Positions 13,991-14,696 of a stretch of 14,696 nt of DNA are shown here, one piece after another. Under the pieces are notes generated by a model. It was given only the letters and a program-made list of their open reading frames with translations. It was not told the DNA's origin and made no database searches. Source of the DNA: an uncultured archaeon (GTDB lineage Archaea > Iainarchaeota > Iainarchaeia > Iainarchaeales > 0-14-0-20-30-16); contig CAZMCX010000003.1 in assembly GCA_964565125.1 (NCBI GenBank), positions 3,957 to 18,652 on the forward strand. The letters run 5' to 3'. Position 1 is the stretch's first letter. Every line of letters begins with the position of its first letter. Made by a program: the position numbers and the translations under genes.

Positions 13991-14671
13991 TTACCCTTTT
14001 CTAGCAGGTATTTTTGTATGAATTTTACTGCTTATCGGGGCCAAAGCAAATCTTGTTTTACTTGTAGGGGTCAAATCCTTTCCTGTTTTGCTAGTAGCCT
14101 TGTCAGCAACTTTATCTTGTTTTTCTTCTGTTTTAATTGGGGCTGACTCTTTTTTAGCTTCTACTTTTTCCTCTATTTTAGTATCTACCTTCTTATCCTC
14201 TTTCTTTTCTTCTTTCTTTGGTTTTAGTTTATGTCTTTGTCTTACTAAAACTTCCAAATGAACTGATTTAGTATATCTTAATCTTCTTCTTCCACCAGGC
14301 TGGATAGTCGGTCTTCTTACTCCTGGATTTGCAACTATACCCACAACTGCCAAATCTTCACTATCTAATCCTTTGTGCTCTGCATTACTTTTTGCTAAAG
14401 TCAAAGCTTTTTTGAAGAACTTTGCTGCTTTTACTGGGTATCTTCCACTCTTTACTTTTCCTTCCATACCTGCTCTGTGACCTACATCATCATTAAATCT
14501 TGGCAAAGGAACATATCTCTTCATTTCTATTACATCGTCAAGATAAGCCACAACTTTAGAGTATGGTTTTCCCTTAATATACATTCCCAACTCTGCTGAA
14601 AATTTCTGAGAGATTGGGCAGTTTAATAATAAAGCCCTTGCTTCATTTTCTTTTGCTTTAAAATATGCCAT
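13991..14671 (-). CDS. rpl22: 50S ribosomal protein L22 (uL22) with an ~80-aa C-terminal tail carrying repeat copy R3
   Basis: The core CPISQKFSAELGMYIKGKPYSKVVAYLDDVI...GRYPVKAAKFFKKALTLAKSNAEHKGLD...HLEVLV is archaeal uL22. The ORF then continues through KPKKEEKKEDKKVDTKIEEKVEAKKESAPIKTEEKQDKVADKATSKTGKDLTPTSKTRFALAPISSKIHTKIPARKG. Confidence 0.92.
   Translation of the reverse strand: MAYFKAKENEARALLLNCPISQKFSAELGMYIKGKPYSKVVAYLDDVIEMKRYVPLPRFNDDVGHRAGMEGKVKSGRYPVKAAKFFKKALTLAKSNAEHKGLDSEDLAVVGIVANPGVRRPTIQPGGRRRLRYTKSVHLEVLVRQRHKLKPKKEEKKEDKKVDTKIEEKVEAKKESAPIKTEEKQDKVADKATSKTGKDLTPTSKTRFALAPISSKIHTKIPARKG
14089..14170 (-). repeat. Repeat copy R3 (in frame in the uL22 C-terminal tail; encodes KVEAKKESAPIKTEEKQDKVADKATSKT)
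   Basis: See R2. It also shares gactctttttt..tctacttt with the uL24 tail at 11306-11329. Confidence 0.85.
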
Positions 14672-14675
14672 AAAA

Positions 14676-14696
14676 TCACATCTTATATTTTATTGG
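14676..14696 (-). CDS. rps19: Probable 3' end of 30S ribosomal protein S19 (uS19), truncated by the window edge
   Basis: Only one minus-strand frame stays open to the window edge (..PIKYKM* with TGA at 14676-14678). The ending resembles the archaeal uS19 C-terminus (..FvPlK). S19-L22 synteny is expected. Very little sequence is available. Confidence 0.35.
   Translation of the reverse strand, partial: PIKYKM

Noticed and set aside
8534-14170. The three ~61-nt repeats considered as a CRISPR array or MITE copies
   Set aside because: The copies are 1.7-3.8 kb apart and not regularly spaced. They have no terminal inverted repeats or flanking target duplications that I can see. Each is in frame inside a ribosomal protein ORF. 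They are better described as a shared coding module.

Overview
The window is an AT-rich archaeal ribosomal super-operon, with every real gene on the minus strand. Reading in the direction of transcription (high to low coordinates), the order is: (S19 3' end), L22, S3, L29, aSUI1, RNase P Rpp29, S17, L14, L24, S4e, L5, S14, S8, L6, L32e, L19e, L18, S5, L30, L15, SecY, DUF106/YidC-like membrane protein, L34e, a cytidylate-kinase-like protein, L14e, S13, S4, S11, RNA polymerase subunit D. A GC-enriched structured non-coding segment follows, then the 5' part of a tRNA-Leu(UAA) that runs off the window start. Archaea-specific proteins (eL14, eL19, eL32, eL34, eS4, aSUI1, Rpp29, RpoD) fix the domain. 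The low GC, the missing adk and the degenerate cmk suggest a reduced-genome (DPANN-like) lineage, but that is inference only. Genes are tightly packed, with ATGA overlaps and GGTG/GGTGAT Shine-Dalgarno motifs 4-8 nt before the ATG. Many ORF-track starts are artificially extended to the GTG inside that SD, so I give refined starts. S14 (44 aa) is absent from the ORF track and I translated it by hand. All plus-strand ORFs are antisense artefacts. This is core housekeeping DNA, with no defence or mobile system. The most unusual feature is a ~60-80 nt sequence module (peptide ..KVE..KKE[PS]APIK..EK..K[VI]ADKATSK) that recurs in frame in the Lys/Glu-rich extensions of three large-subunit proteins: eL32 N-terminus, uL5 N-terminus and uL22 C-terminus. 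A diverged partial copy lies in the uL24 C-terminal tail. Other observations: a cmk homologue without a Walker A P-loop, a clean absence of adk after secY, a tRNA-Leu broken exactly at position 37/38 (intron or split gene), and a duplicated S4 initiation site that creates a 22-codon uORF.
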